The position numbers and the translations under genes are program-made. From assembly GCA_963805365.1 (NCBI GenBank), contig CAWDTY010000011.1, positions 988,760 through 1,052,759 of the forward strand: a stretch of DNA of 64,000 bases, given 5' to 3'. This document shows, piece by piece, positions 21,151 to 31,364 of the stretch (position 1 is the stretch's first letter; each line of letters begins with the position of its first letter). The stretch is from an uncultured Chitinophagaceae bacterium. Lineage in GTDB: Bacteria; Bacteroidota; Bacteroidia; Chitinophagales; Chitinophagaceae. Below the pieces are notes generated by a model that did no database searches, was not told the origin of the DNA, and was given only the letters and a program-made list of their open reading frames with translations.

Positions 21151-22642
21151 ATGAAAAAATTGTTTACATCACTTGCCCTTTTTATTAGTATTTCTGCTTT
21201 CGCGGATATCGAAACAGTCTGCGTATTTGGTTCAAGTGGAAGTATTTGCAGCCCGTCGGCTTTGGGATATGTTGCCCCTGTTTGACCGTGCCGTTTATTG
21301 TTACAATGACGTTACCGCCTGGTTATGCAAGTGTAAAAAAATTTGAATGGTTTGTAAATGGAGTATTAGTAAAAACATCAACGACCCAAATGATTATGGT
21401 TTAGATTGGGTTGTTCAAACTAGGCCGACAAATGTATCTTGTATAGTTACATATCAAAAGACCGACGGTACACTTTCTGCACCATTTCCCTCGAACACAT
21501 TCACTCCGTTAATAAAATATTTAGATTTTCCTCAAACCATTAGCACGTCTACCCCTCCCGCAAATTATGGCTGTACATCTGCTTCGGTCAGCTATAGCTT
21601 GCCCGAAACCTCCTGCTCTGGTGGACCGTTATGCGAGGGCATCTTCAATGTATTTGGCAATTACAGCATCACATGGCAAGCACCGAGCGGCTGGGTTCAA
21701 ACCAGCCTTACTAATAATGGAAGTAACGTTTCATTCACACCAAATGCTACTTCCTCAGGTACTTTAACTGCAACAATACATTTAATCAGTTGCTCTTACA
21801 CAGAAACGAGAACGTTTACGATAACTCGTGGAGCCTCTGCACCAACTTTTACAGCACCAAGCGTTACATCATGTACTTCGAGCGCTTCAATGTCAATAAA
21901 TCCTACATGCGGCGCCTCTAATTATACATATGCGATTACTGGAAATGCGGGAGTGAAATTTGCAGCTAATAACCTTCAAACGTTGACTACTACGAGTACA
22001 ACGGTTGGGATTAATATTTCCGGGGGCTACTCGACAAATACGGTAACTGCTAAAGCAAATTATGGTAATAGCACATCTAGTGCAAATGTGAGCGCTGACT
22101 TGGTTGCCGGTGTTCCTCCACCTAGCCCAATTAATACAATACTTGTCGATTACCATTTTGGTAAAATACAAGTTGAATCACTGCCTGCCATAGCCGGATC
22201 GCCGGCGCCCAATTACCGATGGTATAAAGACGGGACTTTACAAACAATTTATCATTCTACATTTGCACAGATACCCATTCCAAAAAATGTTTGTGACGTT
22301 GGTTATGCCATTACCGTGACTGAGACAAACGCCTGCGGTACCTCGGCTCCCACGTATCTGGGAGTATATGTGCCGTGCGATGGGTATTATTACAAAGTTT
22401 CACCGAACCCCGCGACGAGTCAAATAAATGTATATGCTGATGACACAAAAACAGAATCTTCACTGAATAAAACTTTTGATGAAGTTAGGATCTATGACTA
22501 CCAGGGCACTCTTAAAAAATATCAATCGTTTAGTAAATCTTCTAACGCCTTGATCAATATTTCTGGTCTTCAATCCGGTAACTATTTTGTCGAAATAACC
22601 AATGGCGATTTTAAAGAAAGACAACCATTGGTTATTCAGTAA
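21151..22642 (+). pseudogene. secreted T9SS cargo protein with a C-terminal sorting domain; at least 2 frame breaks near the N-terminus
   Basis: Signal peptide 'MKKLFTSLALFISISAFA' (21151-21283), a middle piece 'TVPFIVTMTLPPGYASVKKFEWFVNGVLVKTSTT' in a second frame, then ORF 21347-22642. The C-terminus 'KVSPNPATSQINVYA...GNYFVEITNGDFKERQPLVIQ' is Por_Secre_tail-like. Confidence 0.7.
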
Positions 22643-22664
22643 GTGCAGCTAAAATATCGATACA

Positions 22665-22697
22665 AAGGGCTTCTCATTAGTAAGAAGCCCTTTTTTA
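22665..22697 (+). terminator. intrinsic terminator
   Basis: AAGGGCTTCT-cattagta-AGAAGCCCTT forms a 10-bp stem; its closing TT opens a T6 run. Confidence 0.75.
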
Positions 22698-22777
22698 TTT
22701 TCTGCAAGGCAAACTATTTTCATTAAATCATAATCGAATATCTTTGGAGTAAATACTAAAAAACAAAAATATTAATC

Positions 22778-23431
22778 ATGAAATTTTTTATTGATACCGC
22801 AAATCTTGAACAGATAAAAGAAGCTAATGACCTTGGTATTCTTGATGGTGTTACAACCAATCCGTCTTTAATGGCAAAAGAAGGTATTAAAGGTTCGGAG
22901 GCTGTAAACAACCACTATAAAACAATTTGCGAGATGGTTGATGGTGACGTGAGTGCTGAAGTAGTGACAACAGAATTCAAGACGATAATTGAAGAAGGTA
23001 AGAAGCTCGCCGCCATTCACAAAAACATAGTAGTGAAAGTGCCCATGATACCGGAAGGAATCAAGGCGATCAAATGGTTTACTGATAATGGCATTCGTAC
23101 GAATTGTACATTAATATTCAGCGCCGGACAGGCTATCCTCGCTTCAAAGGCAGGAGCGGCTTATGTTTCGCCATTCATTGGCCGGATTGATGATAGCGGT
23201 TGGGATGGTGTGGAGCTTATTGAACAGATTGCCCACATCTTCGATATACAAGGGTATGATACCGAAATTCTTGCTGCCTCTATTCGTAGCCCGTTACATA
23301 TTATTAAATGTGCTGAAGCCGGAGCAAATATTTGCACTTGTCCTTTGGATTCGATTATTGGTTTAACAAAACACCCGTTAACTGATATCGGGCTTGCGAA
23401 ATTCCTGGCTGATGCTAAAAAGTTTGCTTAA
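22778..23431 (+). CDS. tal: transaldolase / fructose-6-phosphate aldolase (short type 3B)
   Basis: '[31 protein letters not shown]' and 'VVKVP' are hallmark motifs. The 217-aa length fits. Confidence 0.9.
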   Translation: MKFFIDTANLEQIKEANDLGILDGVTTNPSLMAKEGIKGSEAVNNHYKTICEMVDGDVSAEVVTTEFKTIIEEGKKLAAIHKNIVVKVPMIPEGIKAIKWFTDNGIRTNCTLIFSAGQAILASKAGAAYVSPFIGRIDDSGWDGVELIEQIAHIFDIQGYDTEILAASIRSPLHIIKCAEAGANICTCPLDSIIGLTKHPLTDIGLAKFLADAKKFA

Positions 23432-23446
23432 CATTCTAAAAATAAA

Positions 23447-23478
23447 ATGCCCTGCTGATCTTTAAACCGGCAGGGCAT
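23447..23478. terminator. hairpin terminator shared by two convergent genes
   Basis: ATGCCCTGC (23447-23455) pairs with GCAGGGCAT (23470-23478), between the stops at 23431 (+) and 23498 (-). Confidence 0.55.
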
Positions 23479-23497
23479 ATTTGTGATTTCACAGGTC

Positions 23498-23905
23498 TCA
23501 ACTCTTTTTTCTTCGCGACGATTTTTTTGTATCCATTTCCTGCATCAGTTCATCCATTGTTTTTAATTTTTCGTCGTTAGGTTTTTTCTTTATGTACATG
23601 GTAAATTCCTTGCTTAAAGAATGATCCGATTTTAAAACAGCTTTAATGGAAACCTTTTCTTTAGAGAAATTATTATCAATCCAGAGACTGTTTCCTGAAA
23701 ATTTTCCATCGCTGGAGGTGAAAATTATATTACTGGTATCAAGGGGAATATAATGCCCGTTTGCTAATTTGCCATCTATGTTAATATAGTTGTAAGTCCC
23801 CTTTTTCAGACTGTCGGTATATAAGTTTACATATATCGCCTCAATCTTTTGAGCGTTTGCAGCCGAAGTAAGTGTTAATAAAAAGAAAAATAGAAATTGC
23901 TTCAA
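23498..23905 (-). CDS. hypothetical secreted protein with a Lys-rich tail
   Basis: Signal peptide 'MKQFLFFFLLTLTSAANAQ'. No recognisable domain. Confidence 0.55.
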   Translation of the reverse strand: MKQFLFFFLLTLTSAANAQKIEAIYVNLYTDSLKKGTYNYINIDGKLANGHYIPLDTSNIIFTSSDGKFSGNSLWIDNNFSKEKVSIKAVLKSDHSLSKEFTMYIKKKPNDEKLKTMDELMQEMDTKKSSRRKKS

Positions 23906-24109
23906 AAAAATTATTTATAAACAGATATAAAAATCTATGCCAGAGTTGCATTCCCTGGTTTTAAAATCTTTTAATATACACCTTACCGGCATGTTGGCTT
24001 TTCTATCCTGGAAAAAGGCCCAGCTATGCCTGTGCGAACCAGAAGTCAGATATGGAGTCAATAAAAAATTTGTCATTTAAAAAATTTCCCTACATCTTTG
24101 CAATCGTAA

Positions 24110-24157
24110 ATGAAAATCAACAACACATACAATAGCTGGTGGCATACAATCAACTGA
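24110..24157 (+). CDS. trpL: trp operon leader peptide (15 aa, tandem Trp codons)
   Basis: ATG AAA ATC AAC AAC ACA TAC AAT AGC TGG TGG CAT ACA ATC AAC TGA translates to MKINNTYNSWWHTIN. It lies 76 bp upstream of trpE and immediately before a terminator. Confidence 0.7.
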   Translation: MKINNTYNSWWHTIN

Positions 24158-24200
24158 TTGTGCCGCATTGCTGTTATTTGTGAACTAAAATAAATACAAC

Positions 24201-24227
24201 GCCCCGGCACTAAGCCGGGGTTTTTTT
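24201..24227 (+). terminator. trp attenuator terminator
   Basis: CCCCGGC-actaa-GCCGGGG (24202-24220) followed by T7, 6 nt before the trpE ATG. Confidence 0.8.
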
Positions 24228-24232
24228 ATGCT

Positions 24233-25665
24233 ATGAAGAAAATAGAATTATCAACCTCGTACAAAAAATTATTGGCAGATGTTTTTACGCCCGTGGGAAT
24301 TTATCTCAGGCTCCGTGACAGGTTCAGGGATACCATTCTTTTAGAAAGCACTGACTTCCATGTAGGCGAGAACAGTTATACATTTATCGGCATCAATGCC
24401 ATAGCCGGTATCGAGATACGAAACATGCAGGAGATTGAATATAAGTTCCCCTCTGAAGAGCCTAAAAAGATTCCTGTAAATAAAACCGAAGGCATTGCTA
24501 AAGAAATATGGGGTTTCATGCAAAATTTTAATATAGCTGAGCCTGCCGACATGCCCGTGAATATGGCCCAGGGGTTATTTGGTTATACAACCTTTGATGC
24601 GGTTCAATTTTATGAAACTATTCGATTCCAGGTTTCGAAGGCTTCTCCATCTGACGGCCGGTGAGGGGGCCATTCCATTGGTTCGTTATCGGCTATACCA
24701 ATACGTTATAGTGATCAATCATTTTAAAGATGAATTGTTTATTTGTGAAAATCATGTGAAAGGAATCGAAAGTGAAATTGAAGTGGTTGAAAGCCTTATT
24801 AGAAGTAAAGATGTGCCGGCTTATCCATTTGCAGTAAGGGAAACGGAAACATCGTCCCTCACTGATGCAGGATATATTGAACTCGTGAAAAAAGGAATTG
24901 CGAGCTGTATAAGAGGAGATGTTTTCCAGATCGTGCTGAGCCGCAAGTTTCAGCAAAAATTTTCCGGAGATGAATTCAATGTATACAGGGCTTTAAGAAA
25001 TATAAACCCGAGCCCTTATCTTTTTTATTTTGACTATGGTGATTATCGTCTTTTTGGCAGCAGCCCGGAAGCGCAGTTGATCGTAAAAAATAATACAGCA
25101 ATCATGCACCCCATTGCCGGTACATTTAAAAGAACGGGTAACGATGTCACTGACGAAGCGCTTGCCGAGAAACTTTCAAAAGATGTCTAAAGAAACAGCT
25201 GAACACACAATGCTGGTTGACCTTGCACGCAACGACCTAAGCCGTATGTGCAGCGATGTTGTCGTGTCACGCTTTAGCGAGATACAATATTTTTCACACG
25301 TGATTCACATGGTAAGTGAAGTGAAAGGCACCGTTCAAAAAAATACAAACCCTTTTGAATTGCTGGGTGTAACCTTTCCGGCTGGCACTCTTAGCGGAGC
25401 GCCAAAATATAAAGCGATGCAACTCATAGATGAATATGAAAACGACCCAAGGAGTTTTTATGGAGGATGTATAGGCTTTGTAGGATTTAATGGGAGCCTC
25501 AATCATGCCATTATGATAAGAACTTTTCTCAGCAAAGGCAATAACCTTATCTACAGGGCAGGAGCGGGGATAGTGGCTGCATCCGTTCCGGAAAGCGAAC
25601 TGCAGGAAGTAAATAACAAACTAAATGCATTAACCACAGCGATAAAATCAGCAGAAAAAATTTAA
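24233..25665 (+). pseudogene. trpE: anthranilate synthase component I, with two frame breaks
   Basis: ORFs 24233-24664, 24579-25190 and 25114-25665 are collinear TrpE segments ('LLESTDFH', 'NPSPYLFYFDYGDYRLFGSSPE', 'AEHTMLVDLARNDLSR', 'GTLSGAPKYKAMQLIDEYE', 'IRTF...AGAGIVA'). Confidence 0.85.
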
Positions 25666-25667
25666 GA

Positions 25668-26246
25668 ATGAAAATTTTGATCTTCGATAATTATGATTCT
25701 TTCACGTATAACCTTGTTCATGTGGTTGAAAAAATAATTCATGGGAAAGTGGACGTTTTTCGTAATGATAAAATAGCGCTTGAAAGAATAAATGATTATG
25801 ATAAAATAATTTTATCGCCCGGGCCCGGTTTGCCAAATGAATCAGGTTTGTTATTACCTCTCATTAAAGAATATGCGTCTTCAAAATCTATATTGGGAGT
25901 ATGTCTTGGCCACCAGGCAATAGGAGAAGTTTTTGGAGGAAGCCTTGTGAATTTAAGTACGGTATATCATGGAGTGGCTACTAATATTGAAGTGAAAAAG
26001 GAAAGGACGCCATCAAAGAATGATGTATTCAATAATCTTCCTGGCGAAATTGAAGTCGGGAGGTATCATTCCTGGATTGTAAACAAAGAAAACTTCCCTG
26101 AAGAACTTGAGATCACAGCGGAAGATGCCAAAGGATATATAATGGCATTACGGCATAAAACGTATGATGTGCAAGGTGTGCAGTTTCACCCAGAAAGTGT
26201 TTTGACTCCATTGGGAGAAAAGATGATGCGAAATTGGTTGGTATAG
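25668..26246 (+). CDS. trpG: anthranilate synthase component II (glutamine amidotransferase)
   Basis: 'MKILIFDNYDSFTYNLVH', 'LSPGPG', catalytic 'GVCLGHQ' and 'GVQFHPES'. Confidence 0.9.
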   Translation: MKILIFDNYDSFTYNLVHVVEKIIHGKVDVFRNDKIALERINDYDKIILSPGPGLPNESGLLLPLIKEYASSKSILGVCLGHQAIGEVFGGSLVNLSTVYHGVATNIEVKKERTPSKNDVFNNLPGEIEVGRYHSWIVNKENFPEELEITAEDAKGYIMALRHKTYDVQGVQFHPESVLTPLGEKMMRNWLV

Positions 26247-26315
26247 AATTTAATAATCCATCTCTTTAAAGAAAGAGATAAACATTTAATAACAAAAATC
26301 TTCATTTTAATCCAG

Positions 26316-26349
26316 CCCCTCGCCCTTTGGGGAGAGGGGTTGGGGTGAG
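26316..26349 (+). repeat. REP-like element: GC hairpin plus a GTTGGGGTGAG tail
   Basis: CCCCTC-gccctttggg-GAGGGG followed by GTTGGGGTGAGA, in the trpG-trpD spacer. It is related to the element at 28156-28190. Confidence 0.6.
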
Positions 26350-26359
26350 AACAATAGAC

Positions 26360-27355
26360 ATGAAAAAAATACTTCAATATTTATTCGAGCACAAAACGCT
26401 CGATAGAAATGCGGCAAAGGAAGTGTTACTAAATATTTCCAAAGGGATTTATTCTGATGCCGAGATTGCTTCATTCACAACGGTATATCTCATGCGAAGC
26501 ATTACAATTCCTGAATTGCTCGGATTTCGTGATGCCTTAATAGAGTTATGTGTGCCTGTAAAATTGAATGGGCACCAGGTTGTGGACATAGTTGGAACAG
26601 GTGGTGATGGAAAGAATACTTTTAACATCTCAACACTTAGTTGCTTTATTGTTGCAGGTGCAGGTGTGAAAGTTGCCAAACATGGAAACTATGGAGCAAC
26701 TTCCATAAGCGGTTCCAGCAATGTAATGGAAACACATGGTTACAAATTTTCAGCAGATAATGAAAAATTAATCAATGAAATTGAGAAGGCAAATATCTGT
26801 TTTATGCATGCGCCTTTATTTCATCCGGCACTGAAAGTCGTCGGGCCAATAAGAAGAAATCTTGGAGTGCGTACCTTTTTTAATATGCTTGGCCCGATGG
26901 TAAACCCTGCCATACCGGAAGTGCAGGTGATAGGAGTTTATAATCTTGAAATGGCAAGAATATATTCTTATCTTCTGCAACAATCAGCAACAAAGTTTAC
27001 AATTATTCACAGCCTTGAAGGCTATGATGAGATTTCACTCACAGGCGATACGAAAGTAATTACTAATGAAGGTGAAAAAATTCTAAGCGCTGAATATCTT
27101 GGTAAAAGAACAGTGAGCCCCGAAGATATTTATGGAGGGAATACTACAGAGGAAGCCGCAAAAATATTTTTGAAAATACTCGAAGGCAAAGCGACCTGGG
27201 CACAAAACGCAGTCGTAATTGCGAATGCGGCAATGGCTTTACATTCTACAGGAAATTTTAATAGTTATGAAGAGTGTTATAGCATGGCTGTTGACAGCCT
27301 TGAAAGCGGGAAAGCTTATAAAATTTTTAAAACATTAATGGCTTTGCAGAAATGA
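26360..27355 (+). CDS. trpD: anthranilate phosphoribosyltransferase
   Basis: 'DIVGTGGDGKNTFNIST' and 'KHGNYGATS' motifs. I prefer the start at 'MKKILQYL', because the longer ORF from 26327 translates the REP-like repeat. Confidence 0.9.
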   Translation: MKKILQYLFEHKTLDRNAAKEVLLNISKGIYSDAEIASFTTVYLMRSITIPELLGFRDALIELCVPVKLNGHQVVDIVGTGGDGKNTFNISTLSCFIVAGAGVKVAKHGNYGATSISGSSNVMETHGYKFSADNEKLINEIEKANICFMHAPLFHPALKVVGPIRRNLGVRTFFNMLGPMVNPAIPEVQVIGVYNLEMARIYSYLLQQSATKFTIIHSLEGYDEISLTGDTKVITNEGEKILSAEYLGKRTVSPEDIYGGNTTEEAAKIFLKILEGKATWAQNAVVIANAAMALHSTGNFNSYEECYSMAVDSLESGKAYKIFKTLMALQK

Positions 27356-28137
27356 ATATACTTGATACGATAATCGTCGCTAAAAGAAAAGAGGTGGAAG
27401 AAAAAAAAGTGTCTAAAACTATTGGCGAATTGGAAAACGGCCCTTTCTTTAAAAACAAGACTTTGTCTTTTGCAGAGTTTTTATTGAGGGATGATAGGAC
27501 AGGGATTATTGCGGAATTTAAAAGACGGTCGCCATCCAAAGGAGTTATAAATAATAGCTCAACAGTTGAAGACGTAACAACTGCTTATGCAAAATATGGA
27601 GCAAGCGGAATTTCTGTTCTTACTGATAGTGAATTTTTTGGCGGATCGTTGGATGACCTTTTAGCAGCAACCGTAAATGAGGTGCCGCTTTTAAGGAAAG
27701 ATTTTATTGTAGATGAATACCAGTTAATAGAATCAAAAGCCTTTGGTGCGGAAATAATTTTATTAATTGCCGCATGTCTTACCACACAGGAAGTGAAATC
27801 ATTGGCTGCTGTTGCAAAAAATATTGGCTTAAATGTATTGCTTGAAATACATAATGATGAAGAACTTAATCATATTTGCGATGATGTTGATGTGGTAGGA
27901 ATCAATAATCGCGACCTGAAAACTTTCAATGTAGATATCAACCGCTCTGTTGAATTGGGAAAAATGATTCCGGGTGATAAGGTGAAAATTTCAGAAAGTG
28001 GAATTGATGATGTTGCCACGATTAAACTTTTAAAATCGCATGGTTTCAATGGATTTTTAATGGGCGAAAAATTTATGAAAGAAAAGAATCCTGGGAAAGC
28101 ATTTCAGGAATTTGTTGAAGAACTTATAGCATTATGA
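27352..28137 (+). CDS. trpC: indole-3-glycerol-phosphate synthase
   Basis: 'IIAEFKRRSPSKG', 'ISVLTD..FFGG' and 'LLRKDFIVDEYQ'. It overlaps the trpD stop by 4 nt. Confidence 0.9.
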   Translation: MNILDTIIVAKRKEVEEKKVSKTIGELENGPFFKNKTLSFAEFLLRDDRTGIIAEFKRRSPSKGVINNSSTVEDVTTAYAKYGASGISVLTDSEFFGGSLDDLLAATVNEVPLLRKDFIVDEYQLIESKAFGAEIILLIAACLTTQEVKSLAAVAKNIGLNVLLEIHNDEELNHICDDVDVVGINNRDLKTFNVDINRSVELGKMIPGDKVKISESGIDDVATIKLLKSHGFNGFLMGEKFMKEKNPGKAFQEFVEELIAL

Positions 28138-28155
28138 TTTTTAAAAATTTTGTTG

Positions 28156-28190
28156 CTCTCCGCCGCGGCGGAGAGGCGTTAGGGTGAGGT
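28156..28190 (+). repeat. REP-like element: GC hairpin plus a GTTAGGGTGAGG tail
   Basis: CTCTCCGCC-GC-GGCGGAGAG forms a perfect 9-bp stem and is followed by GCGTTAGGGTGAGGT, in the trpC-trpF spacer. Confidence 0.6.
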
Positions 28191-28203
28191 CAAAAAATTT
28201 ACT

Positions 28204-28833
28204 ATGAAAGTTAAGGTCTGTGGAATTACAACTGTAAGTCAATTGGAAGAAGTAAACAGGATGGGCATTGATTATGCGGGTCTTATTTTTTACCAGGGAT
28301 CTCCCCGTTACGTATTGTCAAAATTAAGGAGCAAAGAGGTAGCTGCGTTAAAAATGAAAACTAAGAAAGTGGGTGTTTTTGTAAATGCAAGTGAAAATGA
28401 TATAATGACCCAAATTGAGTTGTTTGAATTGGATCTTGTTCAGCTTCATGGGAATGAAACGCCAACATTTTGCAATCATATAAGTAATCACGTTAAGGTT
28501 ATTAAGGCCTTTCGGATTAATGAAGAAAATTCGCATGTCGACTGGATGGTAAAGCCCTATGAAGAGTCTTGTGATTTTTATTTATTTGACCACGGGTCTA
28601 TTGGTATTTATGGCGGTACAGGTAAAAAGTTTAACTGGTCATTGCTTGAAAATGCAACTGTAGGCAAAAGCTTTTTTTTAAGTGGAGGTATTCGGCTGGA
28701 AGATGCTGAATCCTTGAAAAAATTTGAACATCCTTTCTTTCACGCTGTTGATATAAATAGCCAGTTCGAAACAGAGCCGGGCATAAAAAATATGGAATTG
28801 ATAAAAGAATTTGTAAACATATTACAGGTGTAA
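28204..28833 (+). CDS. trpF: phosphoribosylanthranilate isomerase
   Basis: 'MKVKVCGIT', 'DYAGLIF...SPRYV', 'VQLHGNE' and 'LSGGI'. Confidence 0.9.
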   Translation: MKVKVCGITTVSQLEEVNRMGIDYAGLIFYQGSPRYVLSKLRSKEVAALKMKTKKVGVFVNASENDIMTQIELFELDLVQLHGNETPTFCNHISNHVKVIKAFRINEENSHVDWMVKPYEESCDFYLFDHGSIGIYGGTGKKFNWSLLENATVGKSFFLSGGIRLEDAESLKKFEHPFFHAVDINSQFETEPGIKNMELIKEFVNILQV

Positions 28834-28849
28834 TAAAAAAAATAATACA

Positions 28850-30028
28850 ATGTGGCAGGTAAATGAAAATGGATATTATGGTGATTTTGGTGGCGCATAC
28901 ATTCCCGAAATGTTATATAGTAATGTTGAGAATCTTAAGGATAAATATTTAAAGATCATCAGTGAAGAAAGCTTTCAGCAGGAATGTAATGCATTGCTGA
29001 AGGATTATGTGGGCAGGCCTACCCCTTTGTATTTTGCTAAAAGGCTAAGCGAAAAATACAAAGCGCAAATCTATCTAAAGCGTGAAGACCTTTGCCATAC
29101 CGGCGCTCACAAGATCAACAATACAATTGGCCAGATATTATTAGCCGAAAAACTTGGTAAAAAAAGAATCATAGCTGAAACAGGTGCAGGCCAGCATGGC
29201 GTTGCAACAGCGACAGTTTGTGCATTGAAAGGACTTGAGTGTATTGTGTATATGGGCGAAAAAGATATTGAGCGGCAGGCGCCCAATGTTGCAAGAATGA
29301 AAATGCTTGGTGCAAAAGTGATACCTGCAACAAGCGGCAGCAAAACATTGAAAGATGCCACCAATGAAGCTATCCGTGACTGGATCAATAACCCTTTGGA
29401 TACTTATTATTTAATTGGGAGCGTGGTAGGCCCTCATCCATATCCCGATATGGTTGCCCGCTTTCAGAGCGTGATAAGTGCGGAGATTCGTAAGCAATTG
29501 AAAGAAAAAACAGGCAATGAATTACCTTCTTATGTTATTGCATGTGTAGGTGGAGGAAGTAATGCGGCGGGAGCTTTTTATCATTTTTTAGATGATGAAT
29601 CGGTAAAACTAATTGCGGTAGAAGCAGCAGGGAAAGGCATTGATAGCGGTATGAGTGCAGCTACAACGCAGTTGGGTACCCGTGGTATTTTACATGGAAG
29701 TAAAAGCCTGGTTATGCAAACAGAGGATGGACAGGTGGTAGAGCCACACAGTATTTCAGCCGGACTCGATTATCCGGGTATCGGGCCAATGCACGCTAAT
29801 TTATATATCGGCAAAAGAGCGATTTTTATGAGTGCCACGGATGAAGAAGCACTCGAATCATCATTCGAACTTGCAAAACTTGAAGGCATAATTCCTGCTC
29901 TTGAATCGGCGCATGCCTTATATGCCTTGAATAAAATTAGTTTTTCAGAAAATGATGTAGTTGTAGTAAATCTGAGTGGACGAGGTGATAAGGACATGGA
30001 CACTTACATGAAATACATGAACAGCTAA
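28850..30028 (+). CDS. trpB: tryptophan synthase beta chain
   Basis: '[13 protein letters not shown]', '[11 protein letters not shown]', '[16 protein letters not shown]' (PLP lysine) and 'GGGSNAAG'. Confidence 0.95.
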   Translation: MWQVNENGYYGDFGGAYIPEMLYSNVENLKDKYLKIISEESFQQECNALLKDYVGRPTPLYFAKRLSEKYKAQIYLKREDLCHTGAHKINNTIGQILLAEKLGKKRIIAETGAGQHGVATATVCALKGLECIVYMGEKDIERQAPNVARMKMLGAKVIPATSGSKTLKDATNEAIRDWINNPLDTYYLIGSVVGPHPYPDMVARFQSVISAEIRKQLKEKTGNELPSYVIACVGGGSNAAGAFYHFLDDESVKLIAVEAAGKGIDSGMSAATTQLGTRGILHGSKSLVMQTEDGQVVEPHSISAGLDYPGIGPMHANLYIGKRAIFMSATDEEALESSFELAKLEGIIPALESAHALYALNKISFSENDVVVVNLSGRGDKDMDTYMKYMNS

Positions 30029-30030
30029 AT

Positions 30031-30498
30031 ATGGAGCAGGAACTGGTCATAATGGGATTCCAGGAAGATCTTGCGATTCATTTTACAGAACTCAATCATG
30101 CCTGGATTAAAAAATATTTTTCAGTAGAGCCAATGGATCTTAAAATTCTTTCAGATCCTCAAAATGAAATAATAAAAAAAGACGGTCATATTTTTTTCGC
30201 AGCCATCGACGGAAAAATTGTTGGCACGTTTGCTTTATTAAAAATTCAGGAAGGCATTTATGAATTGTCGAAAATGGCAGTTGATGAATCCTTCCAGGGG
30301 AAAAATATTGGAAATAAAATGCTCTTACATTCTATTGAAACTTGTAAAAATCTAAACGCAACAAAATTGATTTTATATTCAAATACAATATTGGAGCCTG
30401 CTATTCATTTATATAAAAAACATGGCTTCCGGGAAGTTTTGCTGGACCATTCCGAATACACAAGATCAAATATAAAAATGGAATTAGTTATCAATTGA
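30031..30498 (+). CDS. GNAT-family N-acetyltransferase embedded in the trp operon
   Basis: The acetyl-CoA motif A region 'QGKNIGNKMLLHSIE' and 'LYKKHGF' are both present. It starts 3 nt after the trpB stop and ends 5 nt before the trpA ATG. Confidence 0.75.
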   Translation: MEQELVIMGFQEDLAIHFTELNHAWIKKYFSVEPMDLKILSDPQNEIIKKDGHIFFAAIDGKIVGTFALLKIQEGIYELSKMAVDESFQGKNIGNKMLLHSIETCKNLNATKLILYSNTILEPAIHLYKKHGFREVLLDHSEYTRSNIKMELVIN

Positions 30499-30503
30499 GA
30501 ATT

Positions 30504-31303
30504 ATGAACAGGATCAAGAAATTATTTGAGCTGAAGAAAAAAAATATTCTAAGTATTTATTTTACTGCCGGCTTCCCGAAACTAAATGACACAAAGGAAA
30601 TCCTCCGGGCTTTGCAGGAAAATGGAGCCGACTTAATTGAGATAGGAATTCCCTACAGCGATCCACTTGCCGATGGCCCGGTAATACAGCAAAGCAGCAT
30701 GCAGGCATTGCAGAATGGAATGTCAATTAAATTATTATTCGAACAATTAAATAAATTTCAGGACGCTCCTTTAGAGATTGGGAATGAGGGCAATGAAGTT
30801 CCATTTATTTTAATGGGCTATTTGAATCCTGTACTGCAATATGGTTTTGAAAAATTTTGCGAAGATGCCAAAAGGGTTGGTGTAGATGGAATTATTTTAC
30901 CTGATCTTCCTATCTATGAATATGAAAGTCAGTACAAAAGAATATTTGAGAAGAATGATCTCAATTTTATTTTTTTGATTACTCCTGAAACGAGTGAAGA
31001 GCGAATTAGAAAAATTGATGCCTTGAGCAATGGTTTTATTTACGCCGTGTCATCTTCCTCTATTACAGGAACCGACAAAAATATGGATGTACAAGAGAGT
31101 TATTTTCAGCGGCTTGAAAAAATGCAACTTAAAAATCAAATCCTTATTGGCTTTGGCATTAGAGACAACCATGACACTTTACTGCTGCCTGCAAACATGC
31201 GGCCGGGGCCATTATAGGAACAGCGTATATAAAAGCGATAGAAAATTCTCAAAATATAGAGACAGATACTAAAAATTTTCTTAACTCAATTTTACAGCAT
31301 TAA
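30504..31303 (+). pseudogene. trpA: tryptophan synthase alpha chain, with a frame break near the C-terminus
   Basis: 'YFTAGFP', 'DLIEIGIPYSDPLADGPVIQ' and 'GFIYAVSSSSITG'. After about 31170 the conserved end 'FTAACKHAAGAIIGTAYIKAIENS...LQH*' continues in another frame to a stop at 31301-31303. Confidence 0.85.
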
Positions 31304-31364
31304 ATTCTTAGTTAGTTTTGTATCAGCCGAAAAAAAATTAAGTTTGCAACCAATTTAATCTAAA

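Noticed and set aside
26327-26359. N-terminal extension of trpD ('MGRGVGVRTID')
   Set aside because: It is a translation of the REP-like GGGGTGAGA repeat. The conserved TrpD N-terminus begins at 'MKKILQYL' (26360).
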